A DNA stretch of 64,000 nucleotides from Macrostomum lignano. Taxonomy: Eukaryota. A model generated the notes under the pieces. That model worked only from the letters and a program-made list of their open reading frames with translations, was not told the origin of the DNA and ran no database searches. A program made the position numbers and the translations under genes. Shown in pieces: positions 28,128 through 40,303 of the stretch. Positions within the stretch are counted from its first letter, which is position 1. Each line of letters opens with the position of its first letter. Location: positions 124,001-188,000 of the forward strand of contig NIVC01000947.1 in the NCBI GenBank assembly GCA_002269645.1, given 5' to 3'.

Positions 28128-31071
28128 TGACAGCACAGAACATGCGCAGCACATCGTATGCAACTAGGAGCTCTACGATGAACGGAACAGACTGGAGAAA
28201 CTCCAAGAATTCCCGGTCCATACGTCGTAAACTCGAACGATTTTGCGCTAATGTCTCCAACCAAATTGCCAGTTCGGTGACGGTCTTCTTCACCATTGCA
28301 AAACTGGATGATGTAAATCTGGTAGAACTGAACGACTGGGTTTTTAGAGCAGGCCGATTCTCCATCATCGCAGCTACTTGGTCGGCTGCCACCGTCAGCT
28401 TGCCCTGCTGAATCTTTCTGTGCAGCCAGTTCATTGCCTTCACAAGTCGTAAAACAGTTCCGCTCTGCTTTTTTACATCACGGAAAACAAGATCCAACCA
28501 ATGGGCTGGGTCCCAGACGACTCCAAAGAATTCTCCGTCAACATCAACACCATCCTGCTGCTCAACGCTCGCACTCGGCAACTCGCTATCGCTGAGGTCT
28601 GCCTGGATGGCCTGCTTCAATGTGACAGCAAAGCCTTCCACTTGGTACTGCCCATCAGCTGTAATGCCTGCACAACGGGACAGACTCGTTCCAGCATTAT
28701 GAGCTGCCTGAGATGCAGACCTGGTGTAGAGAAAGAGAAAGAAGATAATTATTACAAATTCTGGTTTCGTAACATGCAATTTAATATCGATTGATTTCTT
28801 TGGATTGATATACATGCAATAGGTAAATCGCTTACATAGCGAGAGCTTTTGCCTGACCCCCAGAGAGGCGATAATCCGCAGGGTGATAAACACCCGGCGC
28901 ACCAAAGCAGTAGGCCGTGCGAATGCCATTGGAGCTATAAGCACATGCCATCACAGCTTGATTTGTTGTGCGGCCTGGAGTGCTTTTGTCCATAGTAAGA
29001 CAGTAGAATGGTGGAAGCGAAGTTGATGGCAGCGGCTCATTTAAAGACTGCAGCACCTCCTCCATGAGCACCGTATCAGCTACCTGCCAAATCCGGACAC
29101 AGGCCTTACGTCCATGCTGCATTTCACCAACTGTCACACCAACAAAGTCCATGGCCGCGACGATAGTCTCGTAGTGAGTTGCAGCGCAGGCAATGTTGAT
29201 AATCGTGAGAGCTGATGTGACAAGGGCCGTTGCAGCCACTAGGTTCCGCTCCAACTGTGCTGCCTTCCGATCTGCTGCAAGTTGGGCCCTATGAAGTAAG
29301 AGTATGAATGACGGAAATAGAGTTCAATTACGAAATTGTCGTGTCATAACTCATAATGGCTAATGCCGCTAATATCGTGATTGGCTTGGTGCTCCGCATT
29401 TTATTTATCGTTATTACTAATACTACATAGAGTACTTTTACTGCCATATGTACCATGAGACATACAACTTACTTGATATGCAGTTCGCACGTGCTGTGCT
29501 GCTCAAGGCGATTGCGAAATTGTCGAAATCCACTGTCTGACTTCGATTCGTACTTGGCCATCTGTTCCTCTGAGAGGACGAGACCCACCCCATCCAAGCG
29601 ATTAGGCAGTGGTAATTCGGCCTGGTCCTGTAGGTGCGTAAAGCACAACGTACAACGCAGAAGAGCGGCACCAAATGTCCCAGAAGTCCCAGATGCACTT
29701 GACTTGCTGGGAAGCAAGGAGAAATGAGCCATCTCAGTCTGCAGAAAATTGTACGGTGGGCATATAAAATGTCATTAGATGATTTTATCTTTAGCAAAAT
29801 TACAGAATTCATTAATAATGATAGGACGAAAATCCATTGAATCATACAAGACTACTCACTTTCTCGAGAAGTTCTCTCAGCGATCTCACTTGCACATGCG
29901 ATGCACTTACAGACGTTCTCGTAGTCAATGGCGATTGGTCCTGGCCCTTGCATTTGCAGGAATTGCAGCTCATTGAACTGTGCCTCTCTGCGAGCTTGTC
30001 AACTTTTGCAGCCACTACTCTAATCCCTTGCAGAACTGCATCCAGAGTTGGCTCATTGGGAATCTCAGGATCTTCGCTGTGCAGCGCAGTCTCCGACGAT
30101 AGAAAACATTCTGCCAGTGTTCTTTGGCGCTGAAGACGGTGTTGCTGTGCTCTTTGAACCTGCACAACTGAAGCAGACGTAGATCCAGTCCCAGACTGCT
30201 CATCTGACTCGCACATCAGCTCGGCAGAGTCAAGTGGGGGAGGCGAACATCTAATCAGAGTCGGAGCCGAATCTTCGAGGTCTAGTTCCACTGTGACAGT
30301 CTTAGAAACTGTTGATATTGACATAGATGATCGCTCCTCTGGCACTTTTTCTTCAACAACTACACCCACTTCACTCGCAGGCTGTTCAACCATCTCAGGA
30401 ATCCCAGCCTCAGCCTCTGTGACTGTGGCTAACATGTCACCATTGTCATTGCTGTTGCTGGCACACTCTCCCGTGCTCAGCTGACTGCTCTCACCACTTC
30501 TCTTCCTTTTCTGCTTCTTGTTCAAACTCTTGCTCTTGTCCTTTTGCAAGCCGCCAGATTTGCAAGTTTGCAGTAGATCGATGACGAGTGGGTCTTTTTG
30601 ACTACGCCAATCTGGTGGGGCATTCCCAGCACAATGCCTACTGGTTTCAGCATGCTGCTTTCGTTGCCTTTCGCGGCTACTCTCGCAAAAGCGCAGTTGA
30701 AATCCAGGACCACCAGTGCCATCAATGAAGTGCTTGAGGCACACAACACAATATTTCTTTTCTTCCTTCTTGTTGCATTCACCCTCTCTCTCCTTTCTCT
30801 TCCTTGAATGTGTAGGCTGAGCAGATGCAGACGCAGACATGTCACTGCCACTGCACACAGCACTATTACTCTTCATCCCTATTCGATTTCTAAACGACGC
30901 CCAGACAGATTCTGCTGAAGCTGAAGCTCTTGGAGAAGCACTTGGACATCCTGGAGTCGGAGATGGAATGTCTACTTCATTGACTTCAACTGAATCAAGT
31001 CTGCCATCACTGCTACTAGTACTAGTAGTACCACTATCATTGGAGTCGCTGCTATTGAGTTCAGCCAACAT
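26905..31071 (-). CDS. Intact 4-exon DDE transposase (exons 31071-29860, 29738-29473, 29288-28836, 28720-26905), 1248 aa
   Basis: Three GT-AG introns join in frame (3747 nt). Motifs: CxxC..H..H fingers (YCVVCLKHF..HAETSRH; RCTLCF..HSTCELH), LTMDKST (D1), ITADGQY (D2), WDPAHWLDL (DxxH), AIVESLY (E). Confidence 0.85.
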
Positions 31072-31409
31072 TGCACCTCTTTTTATGTAAATGTAACACT
31101 TATTTAAACTGAAATGACAGGAAGGGAGTGTATAAATTAAGCAGAATATGTGGCCTTTAAATAATAAAAATAAATAAAATAAATGACCTTTTATCTATGC
31201 ATTACAATTACTGTTTCTTTACTAATTTGTATGAGTAAATTATACTATAAATTTTAGAAAACACTAATTAGAAAAACGGTGATCGAGTGACTGCCTAAAT
31301 GAGTCACAAAAATGGTCCCTTTCTAGGGCTTTATCGCCAGACGAGTCACATATATTTCCCACTTTGATCTGAGGATCAAATTTCACTATTTAAGTTCTTT
31401 AAATTTTAA

Positions 31410-31531
31410 GGTGCCACAATATCAGATATCACTTTGAAAATTGAAAGCGAAAAGTGCAGGAAAAGTGCATTAATTGGTTTAAATGAGCATATTACAATCC
31501 AAGCAATCAAAACCAAAGCCAAAGTGGCACA
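31410..31531. mobile_element. Possible ~120-bp MITE with TTAA flanks (Kolobok-like ends)
   Basis: TTAA|GGTGCCAC ... GTGGCACA|TTAA; short TIR with a terminal mismatch, could be chance. Confidence 0.3.
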
Positions 31532-31543
31532 TTAAGGTCTAAG

Positions 31544-34094
31544 CCCAGTGAAAAATGATTCATGGATTCCACGTGGGTTCCACGTGGCCATGTGGAATTT
31601 AAATGTTTCTTTAATTTTTGCAAATTAATGACTTAAAGATGACATAATGGTATGCAAAGTATTTTTTATGCATTATTTTTTTATTTTTACTGTCCTAATG
31701 TTGATGTGGATTTTACAAGGAATTCATGAGAAATAAGCGTATATTGATTCAACATGGAATCCACTTCGATAAAAAACTGTGATACACCTTATTTAGACGT
31801 TTTTATGAAATTACTAAAATTAATTATTATATTTATATGCTTTTAAGTAAAAATTATTATCTAAAAGCTAAATTATAATCGGAAAATAAGACACTGTTTG
31901 TTAAAATAGACAAAATAGAAGTTAACAATAAAAAACGTTTCGTACGTTTTAAAATTAAATTAATTTTATTTTATATTCGTCAATGTTTGGTCCAAGGCCT
32001 TGAAAGATAAAGTGCCTTGTTTATGGCTATTTAAGCACCTTAAAAATTTTAGTAGACCTAGCCTATAGGCAATAACTTACGAGTATAAGGCCATGGCCTC
32101 CATGGGATTAGAAATTAGATAAATCAGTATTTTATCATAGATAGGCCTAATACTTTTGGTAAAATCCATGATAAATTTATTTAGGCCTAGGCCCTATCCA
32201 ATTTCTAGGAATCCCATGGCCATGTCCATAGATTGGCTACTCATTTTTTAACTTAAATAGGCCTTTAGAAGTTCATAATTTCCTCTTAGTCCTATCTATC
32301 TATTTATATGTATGCTTATTAGGCCTATTTTAAGCTAGGCCTATAACTATCAATTTAGGTCCTTCTATTTTAATTAAGGTTGGGAGTTGGGACTAGCTTG
32401 ACTTTGTGAATTGTGACTAGTCAATCTAGTTAATCTGTTAAAAATCTATTAATTTATGATTTTCTTCAAAAAAGCCTATTAGCATCTTTTGGACTTGTTG
32501 CATTTTTAAAAACAGTATTATTAATTATAATAAATAATTCTGCATTTACACTTGCAACTTGCTTTTGGCATAGCTAGCCTAGCAGATCCCTAAGGTTGCT
32601 ATTATAAATAAATAATGATTATTGTAAATTTGATCTGATTTAGGCCAAGTCCAGAATTTAATAGCCATAGGCATAGGGCATAGCTATTTAGGCTTAGGCC
32701 TAATGTTAAATCATACTAGGCCAGCAAATATAAAAAAACATGCATTGCTTTGCCTAAATACTTTATAGTTTAAAATCAATTTTAAAATAAAAAATTAAAT
32801 TTATAGAAACATAGGAATATTAATTATTTTTGTATTTATTATTTTATTGGTTTATTGATTGACTTAGGTAGGGTTTTCTTTTTTGCTAGAGACAAAGTGC
32901 AAAATTATATCCTATGCTCACTTTCAGGGTTTTATGATTTTAAGGCTTAGAATGCAATTTCTCTTTTTTCTTATATAAAGGCAGTGCAAATAAGGCTTCA
33001 ACAGAAAAATAGGTAATGAAATCGCACCTAAACTGTATCCACTTTTTAATTTCAATTTTCAAGGTGCAATTTTAAAATTTAAGGCGCATATGCACACTTT
33101 GTGCTTAAAAAAATAAACCTAGAACTTAGGCCTAGTTAATTTTAAAATAAACTTTATTAAGTATTCATCCTTAAATTAGTTTTATGAATTATATCAATAT
33201 AATCTATCAATCTTAATTGGCAACAATTATTTTTCTATTTCATTTCAGCCTAACATTACATGGCCCATCCTCAAACTTGGATGTCACCTTGGTCTTTCCT
33301 TTGAAGAAGCATGCAAAGCTACTTGGAATTTGAATATAATATCTAGAATGCTACCTTTTGTAAAGCAATGGTAAGTTTTAGTTATAAACTGATTTTTTTC
33401 TGTTATCAAAATCTGTTATAAGATCAAAATCTATCAAAATCTATTACAAAATCTATCATCAATCTGTTATAAAATTCTGTAATTTAACCCCTTTCTTTTC
33501 TAAGGTTTCTCACCTGACCTGAAGAAGCAGCATTCTGGCAATTGGCAGCAGCATGTTTCTGACTGTTCTAATTCTGGTGCATTATATTATTGTTAATTAA
33601 TTAATGCTATTGACAATGTCAATTTCAAATTATATATTATATCATATGCGCAGCGCAACTTTAAAGATATCAATATCTATATCTGTGTGTTTATTCTTTG
33701 TGTGCCAGTGACTCACTACTGTATATAAATACACCTTACTTATTGAGACATCCTTTTTGAATATATTTTTGTGCAGAAATATTTTTTCGCTATAGCTAGT
33801 GTTTTTATCTGTGTTTCAGTTTCTTTTATATGGTATTGAGATCTGGGGTTCATATGAAGTTTTGAGATCTGATATTATTTTGAGATTTAGGATGCAACAA
33901 TTTATTATGGCAACCAGTATAATGGCTGTTTACTCAATGACAATGTGGATTCTATGTGAAATACATAATTACTTCCATGTGGATCTTCCATGTGGAATCC
34001 ATATTTCAATTCCACATGGATGGACGGAGACAAATGCACATATGGATTTCATATGAAAAATCCACATGGAATCCATATACTTTTTTTCACTGGG
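31544..34094. mobile_element. 2551-bp non-autonomous DNA element with CCC...GGG ends and 3-bp TSD (AAG), nested in the hAT-like element
   Basis: TIR CCCAGTGAAAAA / TTTTTCACTGGG; AAG at 31541-31543 and 34095-34097; subterminal CCAC(A/G)TGG repeats at both ends; AT-rich non-coding interior. Confidence 0.85.
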
Positions 34095-34968
34095 AAGGAT
34101 AATCAATCGAATCATTTGGGTCAATTCAGACAATTCTGAAACGAAAGGTCACACAGTGTGCCACCATTTCAAGATGATCTTTTAATTTAACATAGAAGGA
34201 TTAATTTTCAATAAATATTCATGCTGTACTAGCCATTAAAAAATTACAGTTAAAAGATATAAATGAGAGATGTTTTTGTATGCAACAAATATTAAGCTAA
34301 TTAATGAAATAACAATGACAACAGTTAATACAAAATGAAGAAACTCCGTGATGAACAACACAGAGTTCACGAACAAACAAAATTGTCTTTGCCTTATCCA
34401 CACACTTTTTCAGTAGTAGTTGTAGCACTTTGGCTCGGGTCGGGTTATCAAATCTGATAACTATTTAGCATGGTGTTTCGAAGAATATTTTCACATTTAA
34501 ATGTCAGCATAAATAAATGTACGCGCAACCAATCAAAAAGATAATTAAACAAAGCAGAAAATTTGTTGAGACTTTTAATAGAATTTAGTTTACTTTTTTA
34601 TTTCTTGCAACTGCGTTATAAGAGAACATTAAGAGCAATTAGCATTTGGCACTATGTTATAATGTTTATGAGGCAATAAAGAACATTTCTGCTACGATCT
34701 TTCAACTACAATTTCCAATTTTACGATTAACTTGCATGCATATTCTAGATGACACAGCAATCAATACATATGATAGGAGATATGCTATACTATAGCCCAT
34801 AGCAATATTATCAAAGTTATAGAAATTAGAAAAACAAGTTTTACTTACAGTTTGCTGAATTTCCACCGTGCTGCTGACTTTCTCCTGTGCATGCTTCTCA
34901 TCCTTGTTCAGCAGCGCTGTATGTAGCGCGTGATGTCCTCCTTGCATCTTACCTGTGAGCTGCTGTGC

Positions 34969-35009
34969 GTCATGGCGCATGGCGCGCGTAGCGCGCCATG
35001 CGCCATGAC
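34969..35009. other. Perfect 19-bp GC-rich hairpin with a 3-nt loop in the subterminal region of the hAT-like element
   Basis: GTCATGGCGCATGGCGCGC-GTA-GCGCGCCATGCGCCATGAC. Confidence 0.9.
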
Positions 35010-36077
35010 TATGAGGAAAAAGAAAAAGTGCGCCGGACGCCGTCCGCGAAAATACCACTTATTCCAATAGGGCATGGTTCCAAGTTGCCACTTCAAATTC
35101 TTTGAGTTGACAATTGCTCCTAAAGTTAGGAGATAGTTGGGGCGACATATAACAAATGTTTAAATTGGATCCAGTTTCATGTTACTGCAGAAGCCTTCTG
35201 CTCTAACAAAGACAAAAAATAATAAATGTTTACATTTTGATTTTCAATTTTGATTTAAGTTTTTCAGTTGCAATTCTTTTTTGTCAACCTTTGTCGAAAA
35301 ATAAACAGCAGCGCGCATATGTGCATGCTTATTATACATGTAAATACTCATTTGAAAAGCTGAGTCAAGCTAACTCAGCCACTGTCGATGGTAACTTGAG
35401 TTTTCCCTTCTGCCCCTCCATGCTAAATAGACACAGCACTAAGGGAAATGCCATGGAGAGAAGTAGTATGTACATAGCCTCTAACAGTTTCGTTGAGCAG
35501 TCAACATAACTATGGGAGAATTGTAGCTGCAAGAAATTAAGAGTTCAAACTTTTTAGTTCAAATTAGTTTTTAACAGAATTATATATTACGAGTGGAACT
35601 CCTCCTTTCGGAGGAGAAAGGGGAAGAACTCCCATCACCGGAATTCCATTCCCTGAAATCCATCAGCTGAATCTCATGACCTCTCTGTGAAACTGAAATC
35701 CATTCAAGTCTTCGTCCTGAAATTGACATCTATTAAAATCCCCTCTATCAAACTGTTAGATTTATTCAAACAGATGTATTTATTTTATATAAGCAGATAC
35801 ATAGACTTTAGTTTAACAGCTGCCCCAACCAAAATGTGCCAGTTCACCTGCCCTTTTAATAGCTGCAATTTGTGCCACTGTAAGTGCAAATTAATGGAAA
35901 TAATTAGAATAAAGCAAACATATTTATTTAGCACTTAAAGCTTTATTTTATTAGACGACACAATCCGACAGCAACTTATCAAAGTTAAAAAGCATTGAGA
36001 GCCATAAATCGGAGTACACTACAATAAAAAAGCCATCGGAAATGATCTTGGATCATTTCACTGAATAAAGCACAGCG

Positions 36078-36268
36078 CAGGTGCCGCGGAATAGGGGGGG
36101 GGCTGACATTGAGTGGGGGGGGGCATTGCCCCCCTCAAATACCGTTCAACAGCATAATTTTGCTCAAATTTTTGGTCACTGTCCAAGACAGGGTCTGGGC
36201 TTGAGTTTCGGAAACTTGGTCCTGCCCCCCCCCCCCCCCCCTGGCAAAAACTCGTTCCGCGGCGCCTG
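36078..36268. mobile_element. 191-bp hAT-type MITE
   Basis: TIR CAGGTGCCGCGGAA / TTCCGCGGCGCCTG (1 mismatch); 8-bp TSD GCACAGCG at 36070-36077 and 36269-36276. Confidence 0.9.
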
Positions 36269-36662
36269 GCACAGCGTCATTGAATAAAGCATAGATCAAG
36301 GCGTCTGTTGATTAAAATCGGAGCACAGCAAAAACAGCATTGGGGACACAAAAAGCGACTGACCAACACTGTAGCCAAGCTGAAGAACAAAAAAGGAGGT
36401 GCGATTTCCTGTAAGCCCTATTGCAAGAAGACAATAATTTTAAGTGTTACAGTTACAAAATTTCATGAGTTACTGAAATTAGTTATCTTTATTTTTAAGC
36501 ATTTGTCGAGTTAAATGTTTTAATTTTGAAAACCTATGAAATTCTTTTTTAATACAGATGCTCGTATACAGTAGATATTAAAATGAAATATATTACGTGT
36601 TACGATATATCAGATAGTCTTTCACTCACTCTTCCTTGGGCCACCGACCCCACAATCATGTG

Positions 36663-37067
36663 CTACTCGCGACGATCCTCGTCCTCGTCTACTTCTTCTT
36701 TCTTCTCTTCTTCTTCCTGGCTGCGAGGTCGTTTAGCAGGTGGCTTCAAGTCGTTCTCGACGTTGACAAACAACATTTTCTCCTGCTCCTGCACCAGGGT
36801 TTCCAGTTGGTCACATTCCCTCTTCTTGAGCTCTAGTTTGGCCTCTGTGTCGGCCAGTCGCTTCTTGTAGTCGTCCAGTTCTTGCTGTTGCTCTGCTACG
36901 ACTTCAGCGAGTGATGCCTTGCTCTTTGCTTCATGCAGTGATGTCTCGTGCTCCTCCCGTATCATTTCAGACGTCAATTTAAAAAATGTATTCAAGTGCT
37001 GCTCCATGGCTCTTTTCTGCTTCTCAAACTTTTCTAGGTTGCTGTCGGATTGTGTTTGATGAGCCAT
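36663..37067 (-). CDS. Orphan 134-aa coiled-coil ORF with a basic motif (KPPAKRPR) and acidic tail
   Basis: ATG-started, coding-like composition with heptad-like E/K/Q/L pattern inside AT-rich surroundings; no recognisable family. Confidence 0.5.
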   Translation of the reverse strand: MAHQTQSDSNLEKFEKQKRAMEQHLNTFFKLTSEMIREEHETSLHEAKSKASLAEVVAEQQQELDDYKKRLADTEAKLELKKRECDQLETLVQEQEKMLFVNVENDLKPPAKRPRSQEEEEKKEEVDEDEDRRE

Positions 37068-37935
37068 ATTATTCGGAAAAATGGAACTCTGGAATGAATG
37101 GATGCATAAATCGAAGAAATATTAATAACTGCAAGTTCCTGCTTTTCTTGTCTGCTAAAATCAATGCACAATGGCGTATATTTGACCACGCCTGCGGGCA
37201 TACAGCAGTTCATTAGTTGAATTTAAAAAACTTAGCAACTCAAGAACTTACTATAGAAAGAAATAAAGACAAAGACTTCATTGGCGGGTGCGCAGGATAC
37301 TCTCTAAAAGTGAGACGCCAATGTCGACAATTCCAGACAAACTTGCATAGCTAATCTAGAATGCTGTGTACGATTAAAATTTTTACTGGCAAAGGTATGA
37401 CCTAGTCATAGCTGTATTATTCCCCCTCAATCAGTTGGAATCCTGCGCACCCTGAGTAACATGAGGTGTTTTATTTATAAATTATAGAAAAACTACATTT
37501 GATTACACAGTGCACAGCAAGGAAACAGGAACAGTTAAAATAATTACGGAACAAAATGGAAGAGAAAAAAGTCTTCCTGTAAATGTCAAAGTAGGTTGTG
37601 GATTTTTTTAAATATCGGGGCTTTCCATTAACTCTTCCTAAATAAAGGACAGCTTTTTCCAAGCAAATAGTTGTAAGTCTGAGTAACCAAACTAAGATTT
37701 CTTTTATTCAAGTAATTTAATTTAAGAAGACATCATTGGGGGTGCGTAGGAAACGACCAAATTAAAGGGATAGTGCAAGGACAGCTCTTTATTTAGCTAA
37801 GTAAATGTTAATTTGGAATTCATGTGCATTTTATGTCTTACCATTACTTATGCTTGTTACTAATAGACTATGAATCGACCGGCTCGTTTGTATTCTGAAT
37901 CCTGCGCACCCCGAGTACAGTATGGCATACATTTG

Positions 37936-39002
37936 TGTAGTGAGTCGCTAGTTTAGTTAGGCGCCGCACTAGTCAGCTGTTGCCCTCGCCTTCTCCCCAG
38001 GTTTCTGTCTGCCGCTGGGCAGTTGCCTGTTCCCCCCCGCCTGTCCCCTGGCCTGTCCTCTGCTCGTTTGTCTGTCTGTCTGTTTGTCCTCGTTTGCCCC
38101 CTTTTGTCTCGTTTTCCCTTTTGCAGTGCCCAGACAGCTTGGTCTGGCCTGCCTCTGTTTCGTTCTCTGTCAGGCATCTCCAAATTTGGAGTGCCTTTCT
38201 GTTTTCCGGTCCCACGGTCACGAGTGCCTTCACTTGTGGGCCGTTTCCCCTTGTCATGTGAGTCAGTCACATGACAAGGCCCTCTTCCTTCTTTAGTCCA
38301 AAGTGCAATGATTTCATCATTGTACGCTGGGCTCGTGTTTATGGGGAGATCACGTGCGCCCGGACCCCCCTTGCCTCCTCTGAGGCAGGGCCCGCTTGTT
38401 TGTTGCTAAAAATAGCAACAGAGTCACTTATGACTCTCAGCGGGGGCCTTTCGTGCTATGGTGCAATCGATCCTCCCTATAAATGCGGCCCCTCTCATGG
38501 CTTGGCTCAGACAAGCGTTCCTACCGTTCCTCGCGTTCCTAGCTTTCCAAGCTTTCCTAGCGTTCCTTCCGTTTCGTTTCTAGCGAACTCTAAGTTGTGT
38601 GCCAAGTCTGCGCTTCAAGTGAACTCCAAACTCCCGACTTTGCGCGTGACTGCCTCTGATTGTTCCTGCTATCAATTAGCAGGCCAGCTCGGATCGCCCG
38701 AAGCTAGCACTTTCGCTCTCACCCCGCACCAGCCCGGCAGGGACTGCTGACGGTGGGCACCTCTGCGCGAGAACTGCTAAATCTGCACGAAGTGCGAGTC
38801 TCTTTCTCTCGTCTTAGTTATTTGCTTCTACGAGCTCAGCACCTCACCGAAGGCTGCGACTCTGCGAAGCTGGTGGCAGCACTACCAACGCTACTAGATC
38901 AACCCGGAGACTTCCCAGAGGAGCTCAAGCAACTGTACTTCACCGGGGCAGCGTTCCTATTGAAGGCCTCTAGACAACCACAGGCAAGACCCCTGTACTT
39001 CA
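37936..39002 (+). repeat. 5' LTR (1067 bp)
   Basis: TGTAGT...CTTCA; TATAAAT near 38478; matches the 3' LTR except for one C in a homopolymer as far as I can see. Confidence 0.96.
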
Positions 39003-39003
39003 C

Positions 39004-39025
39004 TGGTGGCAGCGGTGGGATTCGA
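39004..39025 (+). promoter_or_regulatory. Primer-binding site complementary to the 3' end of tRNA-Leu
   Basis: TGGTGGCAGCGGTGGGATTCGA, 1 nt after the LTR; reverse complement of the conserved metazoan tRNA-Leu(AAG/TAG) 3' end. Confidence 0.85.
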
Positions 39026-39134
39026 CGAGTCAACGACACGACTATCTGGGATCCGACAAGTCAAGATTCGACTACTACTACACCCAAGACAACCGCTCTT
39101 TCGAGTAAGAATTCGGCTATTCTACTAATTTGAA

Positions 39135-40303
39135 ATGTTTAACGAGAGAGAAGAGAGCCGGTGCAGCAGCCGGCTGGATCAGCACATCAGCAGTTCGAGA
39201 CCTGCAGCAGCATCGGCTGCCGCAGCAGCAGCGGTCAACGACCTTGGTCAGCAGATGCCGCGGCGAAGTGCGAGAAGCGAAGTGTCCGAAGACCCGCCAG
39301 ACGAGCTTCTGCCAGGTTTGGACGACCTCGGCCAGAACATCAGGCCCCAGGATGTGAGAACGATGATGGCAGCTCTGCAGCAGCAGATGGAGCGGCCGGT
39401 AAGCAAATCTGTTAAGATTGTAAAGTACACGCCCAGCCAGGACATCCACGTCTGGCTCGCCGCGTTCGAGCAGCGCTGCGAGATGGAGCGTATCGAAGAC
39501 CCGATCGAGATGAAGCAGCACCTCGTTGCGAGTCTAGATCTGGCAACCGCTTACCCGGCTCTGCTCAGTATGCACCTCCCACGCTATGCTGGCTACGAGG
39601 AGGTCAGGCAGCGACTGATCGAGAGATTCGCCCGCCACGGTGGCGCGGATGAATATCGAGAGCTGCTGAGGCGCCGTCAGCAAGGCAAGAACGAGTCAGC
39701 AGAAGAGTACGCTGATGCCCTGCGCACCTTGGGAGAGCGAGCGTACCCTCGAATGCACCCGAGGATCGAGAGCGGGAGCTGGCTGATCAGTTCCTAGCTG
39801 GCATCAGGACGACACCAGATCTGCGCGAGCGGCTCTATTGGGTCCGCCCGAACAATCTGCTGGCCGCTATTCGAGAACTCCATCGTCTGGAAGGCGCCAA
39901 GGAACTGGCGCAGCGCTCTGCTCAACCCCCGGTTCGCATGCTGAACGGGGAGCGCGACGGTGACCCGACGCCCGACGCCACCGCTCAAGCTCTCCTAGCT
40001 CTGACTGATCTGCTAGAGAAACAGCAGCGACTGCTAGACAACCTGGTGCAGCGTGACCAGCAGCAGAAAACGAGTCCGCCGGCGAAAGCCATGATCTGCT
40101 ATGGCTGTGGTCAGCCTGGTCATCGCAATGCACAGTGCCCGTTACGCCAGAACCAGGGAAACGGCGAGACGGAGAGCGCCCACGGCAACGCCCTCCGCAG
40201 AGCCCAAGCCCCGGCTACTTGGCAGACTCCGAACGCTCACCAGAAGAAGAGGATGTCGGCTGCGCAGACGCCAATGCCCAGTCCGACAGTCGCTCATCAG
40301 TAA
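39135..40303 (+). CDS. gag: Gag with CCHC knuckle; one 1-bp frameshift near 39755
   Basis: WLAAFEQRC capsid-like segment; frame resumes as PEDRERELADQFLAG; CYGCGQPGHRNAQC. Confidence 0.85.

Larger units (their letters stand above)
25757..35072 (-). mobile_element. Divergent hAT-like DNA transposon, ~6.76 kb native plus nested insertion; duplicate of its left end at 23142
   Basis: Perfect 16-bp TIR CCCTATTGGAATAAGT (23142-23157, 25757-25772) / ACTTATTCCAATAGGG (35057-35072); 8-bp TSD CATGGTTC (23134-23141, 25749-25756; 35073-35080). Confidence 0.88.

Noticed and set aside
34969-35009. Hairpin as the Helitron 3' terminal palindrome
   Set aside because: No CTRR about 10-12 nt downstream on either strand, and it lies inside the TIR/TSD-defined hAT-like element.
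37286-37911. C/D-box snoRNA pair
   Set aside because: No box C (RTGATGA) after the 5' stems, and only one unit has CTGA.
37953-39133. ORFs of 70-159 aa inside the LTRs (repeated at 46993-48066)
   Set aside because: Lie wholly in LTR sequence with no motifs; one is altered by the C-run indel between the two LTRs.
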